Shown piece by piece: positions 8,538-19,132 of a DNA stretch of 36,343 bases. The first letter of the stretch is position 1, and the number at the start of each line of letters is the position of its first letter. The notes beneath the pieces were generated by a model. The model was not told the DNA's origin and searched no databases. It saw only the letters and a program-made list of their open reading frames with translations. Source of the stretch: Gemmatimonadota bacterium (GTDB lineage: Bacteria > Gemmatimonadota > Gemmatimonadetes > Gemmatimonadales > GWC2-71-9); contig QHTZ01000076.1 of assembly GCA_003221005.1 (NCBI GenBank), positions 1 to 36,343 of the forward strand. The letters run 5' to 3'. The position numbers were made by a program, and so were the translations under genes.

Positions 8538-8552
8538 GCAAACGCAGTGCCA
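8538..8552 (-). promoter_or_regulatory. Sigma54 -24/-12 promoter
   Basis: Minus strand TGGCAC-TGCGT-TTGC, an exact consensus match 60 nt upstream of ATG 8478. Confidence 0.85.
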
Positions 8553-8681
8553 CCACGGCGACCGCTGCAGCACGTTGGGATTACGAGAGATAGAAGGAAC
8601 GTCGCGGCGATGCAGCGATGCACGTGCAACGCGTTCGTGGCCACACGTGTCGTGCCCGCAGAACGCAGCCCCCATGCAACA

Positions 8682-8767
8682 CGAGCGGCCCGGCATCAGC
8701 CGGGCCGCTCGCTTCGTACCAGCACACGGCCGTCGCGGGGAGCGGCGTGCGGTCCGCTCCCCGCGGC
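8682..8767. repeat. Two GC-rich inverted repeats downstream of wecB
   Basis: CGAGCGGCCCGGC-ATCA-GCCGGGCCGCTCG (8682-8711) and CGCGGGGAGCGG-N8-CCGCTCCCCGCG (8734-8765); no U tract. Confidence 0.7.
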
Positions 8768-8780
8768 ACTGCCGCATCGA

Positions 8781-9962
8781 TCATGTACCCACCTCCTCGT
8801 GTGAATACGCTGGTGCTGCCGAAATCGCGACGGGGTAGCGCCGCAGCGCCACGTCGTTCATGGAAACGTCGTCGAGGCGCTCGTCATCGCACAGGACGCC
8901 GACGATCCGCTCCGCTGCACGGCCATCCCAGCGCTCGATCACGGGGCGCGCGGGCGAGCGGCGGGCGACCGCGCGCTCGGCGGCAGCGAGGATCGCGTCA
9001 GGTCGCGGCGGCACGAGCCGATTTGTGCCCGGGGCGCACGTGATCGGCCGCTCGGTGTTCGGTCGCACGGTGAGACAGGGAATGCCCAGGAACGTCGTCT
9101 CCTCCTGCAGCCCGCCCGAGTCGGTGATCACGAGCGCGGCCCCGACCACGAGGCCCAGCATCTCCAAGTAGCCGACCGGCTCCATGAGGCGCAGATCCCC
9201 GTCGCCCTCCGGGACCACGCCGAGGGCGCGGACGCGCTTCCGGGCACGGGGGTGCATCGGAAACAGCACGGGCCAGCGGCGGCCCAGGGACCGCAGCGCG
9301 TCGAGCAGCACGCGCAGCGTCGCCGGATCGTCCACGTTGGATGGCCGATGCAGCGTGACCACCACATACTCCCCTTCCCGCAGCTCGTGTCGTGCAGGGG
9401 CGTTGCGCTCGAGCGCCTCCGGCAGTGCCCAGCACAGCGAATCGATCATGACGTTGCCGACAAAGTGAACCCGCTCCGCGGGAATGCCCTCCGCTTGCAG
9501 GTTGGCTTCCGCGTCGCGCGATGGGATGAAGAGCAAATCCGACAGGCGGTCCGCCACGACCCGATTGATCTCCTCGGGCATACTCCAGTCGCCGCTGCGC
9601 AGTCCCGCTTCCACGTGGCCCACGCGGAGCCGGAGCTTCGCCGCCACCAGCGCCGCCGCGAGCGTGGAGTTCACGTCGCCGTACACCAGCACCGCGTCGG
9701 GCCGCAGCTGGACGAGCACCGGCTCCAGCCGCTCCATCACGGCCGCGGTCTGCGCCGCGTGCGAGCCGGAGCCGACGCCGAGATGGTGGTCGGGCGCCGG
9801 GATCCACAGCTCTTCGAAGAACGCGTCCGACATGTCGGGGTCGTAGTGCTGACCCGTGTGCACGATGACATGCTCCACGCCCGGACGCTTGACCAGCGCC
9901 CGGTCCACCGGTGCCAGCTTCATGAAGTTAGGCCGTGCACCCACGACAGAGACGATGCGCAT
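8781..9962 (-). CDS. wecB: UDP-N-acetylglucosamine 2-epimerase (non-hydrolysing)
   Basis: GARPNFMK, HTGQHYD, GDVNST, HVEAGLRS, PEEINR, TDSGGLQEE and TERP. Confidence 0.96.
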   Translation of the reverse strand: MRIVSVVGARPNFMKLAPVDRALVKRPGVEHVIVHTGQHYDPDMSDAFFEELWIPAPDHHLGVGSGSHAAQTAAVMERLEPVLVQLRPDAVLVYGDVNSTLAAALVAAKLRLRVGHVEAGLRSGDWSMPEEINRVVADRLSDLLFIPSRDAEANLQAEGIPAERVHFVGNVMIDSLCWALPEALERNAPARHELREGEYVVVTLHRPSNVDDPATLRVLLDALRSLGRRWPVLFPMHPRARKRVRALGVVPEGDGDLRLMEPVGYLEMLGLVVGAALVITDSGGLQEETTFLGIPCLTVRPNTERPITCAPGTNRLVPPRPDAILAAAERAVARRSPARPVIERWDGRAAERIVGVLCDDERLDDVSMNDVALRRYPVAISAAPAYSHEEVGT

Positions 9963-9964
9963 GC

Positions 9965-10602
9965 TCAGAAGAGCCGGGTCAGCCCGTAAATCGCCGCCGG
10001 GAGCGTGAGCAGAATACCGAGGACCTGCGCCGTGGTCGCGGCGTCGTGGCGTCGCGGCACGATGACGCAGTCGCCCGAGCGGAGCCTCATCTGATCCACG
10101 GTCAGACCTCGGGCGATCGCGTTCTGCAGTTGACTCCCGGACCAGAGCTGAACGGCGTCGCGCTCGATGCGCGCACTTCCCATCTTCGAGTCCCGCGTGG
10201 GTCCCCCCGCTGCCATGATCGCGTCGCTCACCGCCGCGTCCGCGGGGACGGCGTAGAAGCCCGGCCGGGCAACCTCCCCCAGGATCGACAGGCGAACGAG
10301 CACTCGCGCGTGCACTTCCGGGTTCTTCAAGAACCGCGCGAGCTGACGCGTGAGATAGGGCTCGATTTCGACGCGGCGCACACCGGCGAGCGACAGCTCA
10401 CCGACCCCGGGCAGCAGCAACGCCGGCCCCGGGGTCACCGCCAATGTGTCGCTCTGCTGGCGCGCGCTGTCGGTCAGACCCGGCTCGACCCGCAGCAAGA
10501 CCCGGTCACCCACGCGGACAGTGTCGTCCGGCGCCTGAGCCATCGCCAGTGGCGCGAGCAGCGCAAGCGACGCGACCGACGCGAGCAGGGAGCAGCGGGT
10601 GC

Positions 10603-10606
<4 letters not shown>
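9965..10606 (-). CDS. Short polysaccharide export (OPX/Wza-like, SLBB) protein
   Basis: ATG 10606 overlaps the glmS stop (ATGA). Signal peptide, VGDRV, LPGVGELSLAG, LGEVARPG, AIMAAGG, LRSGD and a hydrophobic C-terminal helix. Confidence 0.85.
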
Positions 10607-12429
<1,823 letters not shown>

Positions 12430-12432
12430 CGT

Positions 12433-12660
12433 TCACTCCCTCTCGTGCCGCCGGGGTTGCAGCAGCGGTTTACCGCCGGTCGCGAGGCCGAACTTCGCCA
12501 GCTGAGCCAGCGTGGCGTGGCCTTCGCTCACCCGCATTCCCCCGATCGTGAGGATCGTCGCGCCGCAGCGCTCGCAGGTCATCTCCCGCAATTGGCGTGC
12601 GCGGCGCGGTGGTTCCTTGTCGTCGCCGGCCGCCTTCCCTCCGCAACGGATGCAGAGCAT
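12433..12660 (-). CDS. Small putative zinc-binding protein (two CxxC)
   Basis: GGAGG RBS 6 nt before ATG 12660, CIRC and CERC motifs, stop 3 nt before the glmS ATG. Confidence 0.55.
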   Translation of the reverse strand: MLCIRCGGKAAGDDKEPPRRARQLREMTCERCGATILTIGGMRVSEGHATLAQLAKFGLATGGKPLLQPRRHERE

Positions 12661-12852
12661 CGGCATCCTCCAGCTACGTGGCTGTTCGAGGAGCGCGACA
12701 CTTCAAGTTTGAGGCCGACCAGCGCGCCGGCGCGCGCGCGCGCCGCCAAGCGCCTAGATCGGCAACGGCTTAGGCCCGTGCCCCGGGGCGCGCGCTGCGA
12801 CCGTCCCGTTGCGCACGCGCCGCAGCGGGGCCGCCCGCCAAGCGAAGGATTG

Positions 12853-12868
12853 CGGCCCCGGGCTTGCA
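12853..12868 (+). promoter_or_regulatory. Sigma54-like promoter
   Basis: CGGCCC-CGGGC-TTGCA (GG-N10-GC) upstream of ATG 12921. Confidence 0.5.
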
Positions 12869-12920
12869 GATACTCCGACTGCGGCAGCGCTGAGCCGCAC
12901 TGGAGGAAGGACCCGCGACG

Positions 12921-13883
12921 ATGACCGATCACATGCCACCAGACGGCTTACCGCTGGCACTGCTCGTCGAGGACCGGGAGGAGCGGATGCACTGGCTCGC
13001 GCACCTGTTCGAGACCAGCGGGTACGCGGTGCTGCGCGAGCGCACAGCCCGGCATGCACGGGAGCGCGCGCGGGCGGCGCAGCCTGACCTGATCCTGACG
13101 GCGGCGGACCTCCCCGACATGTCCGGGATCGAGCTATGCCGCGCGCTGTGCACGGACGCTCAGATCCCGAGCAGCACCCCAGTGTTCATCGCGCTCCCCG
13201 AAAGCGAGAGCCGCGAGCAGCGGCTTGCAGCGTTGCGCGCGGGCGCCTGGGAGTGCATCACGCCGCCGCATGACCCGGACGAAATTCTGCTCAAGGCCAA
13301 CGCCTACGTCCGCGCCAAACGCGCCGCTGACCGGATGCGGATCGAGGGATTGATCGACGCGCAAACGGGGCTCTACAACCGCCAGGGACTGGCGCGCCGC
13401 GCGCGCGAGCTCGCGTCCCAAGCGGTGCGGGACCACGGCGCGCTCACGTGCCTGGTGCTGGCCCTCGACCTCGAGATCGGCGGTCCCGCAGCCCTGGACG
13501 ACAGCGCGACCGGCGCGCTCACGCGCGGCGTGCACCTGTTGCAGGCGGCGGCCCGCCGCTCCGACGTCATCGGCCGCCTGGGCACGGCGGAATTCGCGGT
13601 GCTCGCGCCCGGAACGGATGCCATCGGCGCCCGCCGCCTGGCGGAGCGCCTCGCGGGCTCGCTCGAGGTCGGGACGACGGACGCTGTGGCCCTCGGGCTG
13701 CCTGGGGTGCGGGTGCGGTGCGGCTATGAGGCGGTCGCCAACATGGGCTACGCGCCGATCGAGCCGACCGAGCTGCTCCTGCGCGCGGCGGCCGCGCTGC
13801 GCACTGGGCAAGCCGAAGGCGGGGGATGGCTCCGCCGTTTTGAAGCCGCCGCCATCAATCCAACACCGCAAGCGGCATCCTAA
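12921..13883 (+). CDS. Degenerate REC-GGDEF protein (probable c-di-GMP effector)
   Basis: REC-like N-terminus, DAQTGLYNR, GGDEF replaced by GTAEF, and RxxD (RRSD) five residues upstream of it. Confidence 0.85.
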   Translation: MTDHMPPDGLPLALLVEDREERMHWLAHLFETSGYAVLRERTARHARERARAAQPDLILTAADLPDMSGIELCRALCTDAQIPSSTPVFIALPESESREQRLAALRAGAWECITPPHDPDEILLKANAYVRAKRAADRMRIEGLIDAQTGLYNRQGLARRARELASQAVRDHGALTCLVLALDLEIGGPAALDDSATGALTRGVHLLQAAARRSDVIGRLGTAEFAVLAPGTDAIGARRLAERLAGSLEVGTTDAVALGLPGVRVRCGYEAVANMGYAPIEPTELLLRAAAALRTGQAEGGGWLRRFEAAAINPTPQAAS

Positions 13884-16297
13884 GTGACGAGCGGCTGAGC
13901 CTGCGCCTCTTCGTCCACCGCCTCGTAACCAGGCAGATAGTAGGAGTAGTAACGATACGTCGCCCCAGCGGGGACGTCGTTCAGCACCGCGCCCAGCAGG
14001 CGGACCGGGAGGCGCTGCAGCACCTCGAGCTTCGCCGCCGTCATCTCGCGATCGCTCTGCCCGGTGCGCAGCACTAGCAGCAGGTTTCCAGTGAGCGTGC
14101 CCACGATGAGGGGGTCGACGCCTGCGGCGAGCGGCGGGTTGTCAAACAGGATCACGTCATAGTGGGTCCGCAGCCCGGCGACGAACTGCCCCATCGCCGG
14201 CGAGCCGAGCAGCTCGGGCGCATGGTGCGCGCGCGTGCCGCAGCTGACCAGCGCCAACGATGGATGGGTCGTCGATTGGACGATCGCCTCGAGCGGGGCC
14301 TCGCTGCGCAGGAAGTCGCACAAGCCGGGGCGGCGCGGCCGGCCCAGACGCCGGTGCAGCACACCGCGGCGAATGTCGGCATCCACGAGCAGGACGCGAT
14401 GTCCGCTCTCGGCAAACGTGTAGGCGAGGTTCGCCGCGATGAACGACTTCCCCTCGCCCGGACCAGGGCTCGTGACGGCCGCAATGAGCGGGCCCGCCGT
14501 GCCGTAGGCATGCTCCAGGTTCAAGCATACCCCGCGCAACGCCTCGAGCACTTCGGCCACGTTCTCGGACAGCGGCCCGGTACCCTGCCGCTGAGCCTCG
14601 GACTTCCGCAGGTGCGGCACCGCGCCGAGAATCGTCAGGCCCATGCCGCGCGACACCTGCTCGGGGTAGCGCACCCGGGGATCGACGCGATCGAGGAGCA
14701 CCGCTCCCGCGACCGCCAGGCCGAGGCTCGCGAACAGGGCGAACAAGACGATCCGCGGGGCCGTGTTCTTCACGGGCCGCTGTGGCGACACGGCCGAATC
14801 GAGGATGCGGACGTCGGGGATCGTGCTCGCCTCGGCAAGACGCGCCTCCTCGTACCGCTGCTGTAGCGTCGCGTACAAGTTCTCGGCGAGCGTCATGTCA
14901 CGCCGCAGGCGTGCTTCATCGATCGCCCGGGGAGGAATCTGACGCAGGTTCTGAGAGCCCGTCTCGACCCGCCGCCCGAGCTCCGCCTCCCGGGCCGCCA
15001 ACTCGCCCGCGAGCGCCTGCGCCAGCGCGGGGATGGTCTGCCGCTGCAGCGTCGCGATCTCCGCCGTGAGCCGTTGCACCCGTGGGTACGCGTCCGTGTA
15101 CTGGTATCTGAGGACGCGGAGGTCGGCCTGTTTCGTCACGAGCTCCTTCAGGGCTTGCGCCAGATCGGCGTTGTGCTGCACGGCCCCGATCGCTTCCAAC
15201 GCGGTGGCCGACAGGCCCGAGTCGCGCGCCTGCGCCAGCGCCTGGAGGATCGCCTTGCGATCCTGGTGCGCCTGCTGCTGCTCGATCTGCAGATCGAAGA
15301 AGCTCGTGAGGGCCGGGTCGCGGTCCGCGCCCGTGCCCGTCACGCCCGCCGCCGCCCGGCCGCTTGGAAGCGTGATGGTCCGTACGCCGAAACTCCGCAG
15401 CCCGGCCTCGGCGTCGCGCAGCCGCTGCCGCGCGGATTCTACCTGCTGGTCGAGGATCTTCGTCAGCTCGGTCACCTTCTCGCGCTTGAGCTCCGCCGCG
15501 ACCTCGACGTAGCGCTGGGCGATGGCGTTCACAATGGCCGTGATGCGAGCGGGTTGAGCGCCCCGCAGCTCGATGTGCAGGAAGCTTCCGTCCGGCGCCG
15601 CGCGCACATCCAACGCCTCGTCCAGGTGCCGCGCGCCGTCCCGCACCGTGGCCAGAGCGAAGCGGACGGTCCGCCCCGCTCCGAGCGCGTCCCGAGTGGG
15701 AACCCACAAGAACCCCAAGCGGGCGCCCACAGAGTCTCCCACCACCCCATGCTCGAGCGCGACCCCTTCCCCATCGGCCAGCGTGTAGTGCTGCCCCGTG
15801 GAGTCGACCGTCAGCCGGTACTTGCCGGGCCGGTACTGATCCGCGACCCCGAACGTCCCCAGCGCCACGCTGTCCGCGAGCGGGCGAACGGTCAGAAACA
15901 GGCGCTGCTCGCGCACCACCTGGTCGAGCACGATGTAGGACCGGAGCAAGTCCACCCAGGCCTCGGGCTCGAGCAGTTGACCCGAGCGAATAGGAGTCGG
16001 ACCGCGGTCCGGGCCGCGCCGATCCGCCTGGTCGATCCAGATGGTCGCCTGCACCAGGTATTGCGGTTTCAGGAACCGCGTCGCCGCGCCCCCGGCGGCG
16101 ACGCCGAGCAGGGTGACTGCGAGGATCAGCCACTTGAACCGCACGACGGCGCTCCACACGCGCCGCCAGTCGAGTGCGCCTTCGACCTCGGAGAACCCGG
16201 GCTCGACGAGGGAAAGGGCGGCCGGCTGCAGAGCCGCCCCCGCATCGGAGGATGGCGGGAGTCGGGCGAGTGCCGCGTGGTTGTCGCTGTTCGTCAT
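13880..16297 (-). CDS. wzc: Polysaccharide co-polymerase / BY-kinase (Wzc/GumC)
   Basis: Two TM segments, GPGEGKS, LLVDAD, ILFDNPP and the C-terminal Tyr cluster YRYYSYY. ATG 16297 has a GGAG RBS. Confidence 0.92.
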   Translation of the reverse strand: MTNSDNHAALARLPPSSDAGAALQPAALSLVEPGFSEVEGALDWRRVWSAVVRFKWLILAVTLLGVAAGGAATRFLKPQYLVQATIWIDQADRRGPDRGPTPIRSGQLLEPEAWVDLLRSYIVLDQVVREQRLFLTVRPLADSVALGTFGVADQYRPGKYRLTVDSTGQHYTLADGEGVALEHGVVGDSVGARLGFLWVPTRDALGAGRTVRFALATVRDGARHLDEALDVRAAPDGSFLHIELRGAQPARITAIVNAIAQRYVEVAAELKREKVTELTKILDQQVESARQRLRDAEAGLRSFGVRTITLPSGRAAAGVTGTGADRDPALTSFFDLQIEQQQAHQDRKAILQALAQARDSGLSATALEAIGAVQHNADLAQALKELVTKQADLRVLRYQYTDAYPRVQRLTAEIATLQRQTIPALAQALAGELAAREAELGRRVETGSQNLRQIPPRAIDEARLRRDMTLAENLYATLQQRYEEARLAEASTIPDVRILDSAVSPQRPVKNTAPRIVLFALFASLGLAVAGAVLLDRVDPRVRYPEQVSRGMGLTILGAVPHLRKSEAQRQGTGPLSENVAEVLEALRGVCLNLEHAYGTAGPLIAAVTSPGPGEGKSFIAANLAYTFAESGHRVLLVDADIRRGVLHRRLGRPRRPGLCDFLRSEAPLEAIVQSTTHPSLALVSCGTRAHHAPELLGSPAMGQFVAGLRTHYDVILFDNPPLAAGVDPLIVGTLTGNLLLVLRTGQSDREMTAAKLEVLQRLPVRLLGAVLNDVPAGATYRYYSYYLPGYEAVDEEAQAQPLVT

Positions 16298-16344
16298 TGG
16301 AACTCTGCTCCGCGTGACGGATGTGGTGCCGCCGCTGCGCAGCA

Positions 16345-16359
16345 GCAAGTCCGATACCG
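16345..16359 (-). promoter_or_regulatory. Sigma54-like promoter for wzc
   Basis: Minus strand CGGTAT-CGGAC-TTGC(T), 48 nt upstream of ATG 16297. Confidence 0.6.
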
Positions 16360-16490
16360 CGTCTCCACTTCCCTGTTGCGTGACCACGTGCCGCCCGTGA
16401 TGCCGCAAATCGGTGCACGGAGCGGGACGCGCCGATGCAGGTTGGTGCGGCAGGCCAGCGCGTCAGCCTTGCTGCGAGGTCGCGACAGCT

Positions 16491-16505
16491 TGGCCCGAAC
16501 TGTGC
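16491..16505 (+). promoter_or_regulatory. Sigma54-like promoter for the NtrC-type regulator
   Basis: (T)TGGCCC-GAACT-GTGC (GG-N10-GC). Confidence 0.5.
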
Positions 16506-16540
16506 GTAGCAGGGGGCCGAACCGTCTCGGGATGAGCCTT

Positions 16541-18145
16541 ATGGCGATGTCAGCGGTACATCCGGTACACGAGGGGGCTGGACGGCCGGCGGGGCCGGAC
16601 GACCCGAAGAACCTCGGCCTGCTCCTGCCCATCGGGCCTGAAGTCACGGCACGGATGCGGGTCGTCGTCATTGACGACGAGCACACACTGCGCGAGAGCT
16701 GCGCCACCGTACTGCGTAGCGAAGGCTACGACGTGACGGTGTGCGGCCGTGGCGAGGAGGCGCTCGAGCTCCTGAAGCGCCGAGCGTTCGACATCGCGCT
16801 AGTCGACCTGTACATGCAGGGCGTGAGCGGCTTGACGCTGCTGCGCGCGGCGCTCACCACGAACCGCGACACGATCGTCATCGTGATGACGGGCAATCCC
16901 AGCGTGGACACGAGCATCGAGGCGCTGCGCCAGGGCGCGTTCGATTACCTCCCGAAGCCGTTCTCGGCCACTCATCTGCAGGTGCTGATCGGCCGGGCGG
17001 TGCACACGCTGCTCGTCGCGCGTGAGACGCGCGAGCAGCAGGCGAGCCTCGAGCGGCAACCCGCGCGCACAGACCGGGTCACGCTGCTCGGTACGGCGCC
17101 CGCGTTCCGGCGGGCGGTGGATCTGGCCCGGAAGGTGGCCCCCACCGACGCCTCGGTGTTCATCACGGGAGAGAGCGGGAGCGGGAAGGAGCTCATCGCA
17201 CAGTTCATCCACCAGAACAGCCGCCGGTCCAGCCGCCCGTTCGTGGCGGTCAATTGCGCCGCCCTGCCCGAAGGGCTGCTCGAGTCAGAGATGTTCGGCC
17301 ACCGCAAGGGTGCGTTCACCGGCGCGGTGCGCGACAAGGCCGGGCTGCTGGAAGCGGCAAACGGCGGCACGCTGTTCCTGGACGAGCTGATCGACATGCC
17401 AAAGGCGATCCAGGCGAAGTTGCTGCGGGTGATTCAGGACGGCGTGGTGCGCCGGGTCGGCAGCGAAACCACGGACGCCGTCGTGAACGTGCGGTTCATC
17501 GCCGCCACAAACGGCGAACCCGAGGCGGCGCTCGCGTCGGGCGCGATGCGGGAGGACCTGTACTACCGCCTCCGCGTCGTGCCCATCTCCGTGCCGTCGC
17601 TGCACGAGCGCCCTGAGGACATTCCGCTCCTGGCGGAGTATTTCCTCACGACGTACTGGTCCCGGCACCGCAGCAAGGGCGTTGCGGCACCGAAGCTGAC
17701 CGACGGGGCGATCCACGCGCTGTGCGCGTACCCCTGGCGCGGCAATGTGCGCGAGCTCCAGAACGTGATCGAGCACGTGGCCGTGGTCACCGAGCCAGGA
17801 TCGGAAATCGCGCCTGAAAATCTCAATCTCGCAGAGGACGGAGCCCCCACCAGCGGGGCGAATCCCGCTTCCCTGATCTCGACGATGCTCGAGGAGAGTT
17901 ATCACGTCGCGCGGGACCGGGTCATCGCGCAGTTCGAGCGCCAGTACCTGACCTGGCTGGTGAACCGGGCGGGTGGGAACATGTCGAAAGCCGCTCGAGT
18001 CGCGGGCGTGGATCGCACCACGCTGTATCGGATGATGGAGCGGCACGATCTCCAGCGGAGCCCCACCGCCGGGTGGGTGGTCGAACGCGAGCCGGCGGCA
18101 GAGGCGGCGGTCGAACCGGCCGACGCCGATGAGAACGTAGCGTAA
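16541..18145 (+). CDS. NtrC-family sigma54 response regulator (REC + AAA+ + HTH)
   Basis: Canonical REC (VIDD, LVDL, KP), GESGSGKE, GAFTGA, LFLDE and AARVAGVDRTTLYR. The start could be any ATG from 16532 to 16655. Confidence 0.95.
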   Translation: MAMSAVHPVHEGAGRPAGPDDPKNLGLLLPIGPEVTARMRVVVIDDEHTLRESCATVLRSEGYDVTVCGRGEEALELLKRRAFDIALVDLYMQGVSGLTLLRAALTTNRDTIVIVMTGNPSVDTSIEALRQGAFDYLPKPFSATHLQVLIGRAVHTLLVARETREQQASLERQPARTDRVTLLGTAPAFRRAVDLARKVAPTDASVFITGESGSGKELIAQFIHQNSRRSSRPFVAVNCAALPEGLLESEMFGHRKGAFTGAVRDKAGLLEAANGGTLFLDELIDMPKAIQAKLLRVIQDGVVRRVGSETTDAVVNVRFIAATNGEPEAALASGAMREDLYYRLRVVPISVPSLHERPEDIPLLAEYFLTTYWSRHRSKGVAAPKLTDGAIHALCAYPWRGNVRELQNVIEHVAVVTEPGSEIAPENLNLAEDGAPTSGANPASLISTMLEESYHVARDRVIAQFERQYLTWLVNRAGGNMSKAARVAGVDRTTLYRMMERHDLQRSPTAGWVVEREPAAEAAVEPADADENVA

Positions 18146-18164
18146 GCGAGGGGAGAGCCATCGC

Positions 18165-18971
18165 ATGACCGTGCAAATCGCTCCAGAGCGCAAGACGACG
18201 CTACCCCGGCGCACACCGCCACCCCCTCAGCCCGATCCCGAGCCCGAGGATCTGGCGTCGTGCCTGGAGGGACCGAACGGCCTCGACCTGGTGGTCGAAA
18301 TGGCCCACGACCTTCGCTCGCCGTTGACCTCGATTCTCTTCCTGACCGAAGCCCTGCATCAGGGCCAGACAGGCCCGGTTACCGAGGCGCAACAGCGGGC
18401 GCTCGGCCTCGTCTACAGCGCGGCATTATGCCTCTGCACCGCCGCGAGCGACGTCCTCGAGTTGGCTCGGGGCGGGAATCAACTGATGGATCGCGAGCCC
18501 ACGCCCTTCTCAGTGTTGGAATTGTTCACCGCCGTCCGGAACATGACCCTGCCGCTCGCCGTCGCGAAGCAGCTGGAGCTGCGCCTCGTGCACCCCGTCC
18601 CCGAGCGTCGCATCGGCCACGCCCGTGCGCTGTCGCGCGTGCTGCTGAACCTGGCCACGAACGCGGTGAAGTACACCGACTCGGGCTTCGTCGAGGTCGC
18701 CGCGCGACCCCTGTCCGCGTCGCGACTCGAGTTCTCGGTCCGGGATAGCGGCCCTGGCATCGACCCGGTCACGCTCCGTAGCCTGTACCAGCCCGTGCGC
18801 CGGGCGCCCTCCGACGCACGACATCACTTCTCGAGCGCGGGCTTGGGGCTCGCGATCTGCCGCAAGCTCGTGCGGGCGATGGGCGCGGAACTCCAGGTGG
18901 AGACGGCTCCTACCCAGGGTACGCGGTTCTTTTTCCAGCTGGACCTGCCTCCCGCCAAGTCGCTCGCCTAG
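18165..18971 (+). CDS. Cytoplasmic histidine kinase without sensor domain
   Basis: MAHDLRSPL, NLATNAVKYT, DSGPGI and GLGLAI, with only a ~45-aa Pro-rich N-terminus. Confidence 0.9.
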   Translation: MTVQIAPERKTTLPRRTPPPPQPDPEPEDLASCLEGPNGLDLVVEMAHDLRSPLTSILFLTEALHQGQTGPVTEAQQRALGLVYSAALCLCTAASDVLELARGGNQLMDREPTPFSVLELFTAVRNMTLPLAVAKQLELRLVHPVPERRIGHARALSRVLLNLATNAVKYTDSGFVEVAARPLSASRLEFSVRDSGPGIDPVTLRSLYQPVRRAPSDARHHFSSAGLGLAICRKLVRAMGAELQVETAPTQGTRFFFQLDLPPAKSLA

Positions 18972-19053
18972 CCCGCAGCACGTCGTCGCGCGTCACCCAC
19001 ACTCGCCGCCGCAGTGCTATGTGGCGCGCGCACCGCAGGCTCGACACCACATC

Positions 19054-19119
19054 GTAACTCACTAACTACCAATATGTTAGCAAAGCTCGCCGCGGCTCTA
19101 CCGGTGCACGGAGCTTGCT
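19054..19119 (+). promoter_or_regulatory. IHF-like box plus variant sigma54 promoter
   Basis: GTAACTCACTAACTACCAATATGTTA (19054-19079), then GTGCAC-GGAGC-TTGCT (19104-19119) with TG in place of the conserved GG. Confidence 0.4.
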
Positions 19120-19132
19120 AATACCACGAGGC

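Noticed and set aside
12430-12720. glmS ribozyme upstream of glmS
   Set aside because: No recognisable core; the region is occupied by a coupled small ORF.
15074-16540. N-terminal half of the 1023-aa ORF as a fusion with NtrC
   Set aside because: It is the antisense of wzc; the real gene starts near 16541.
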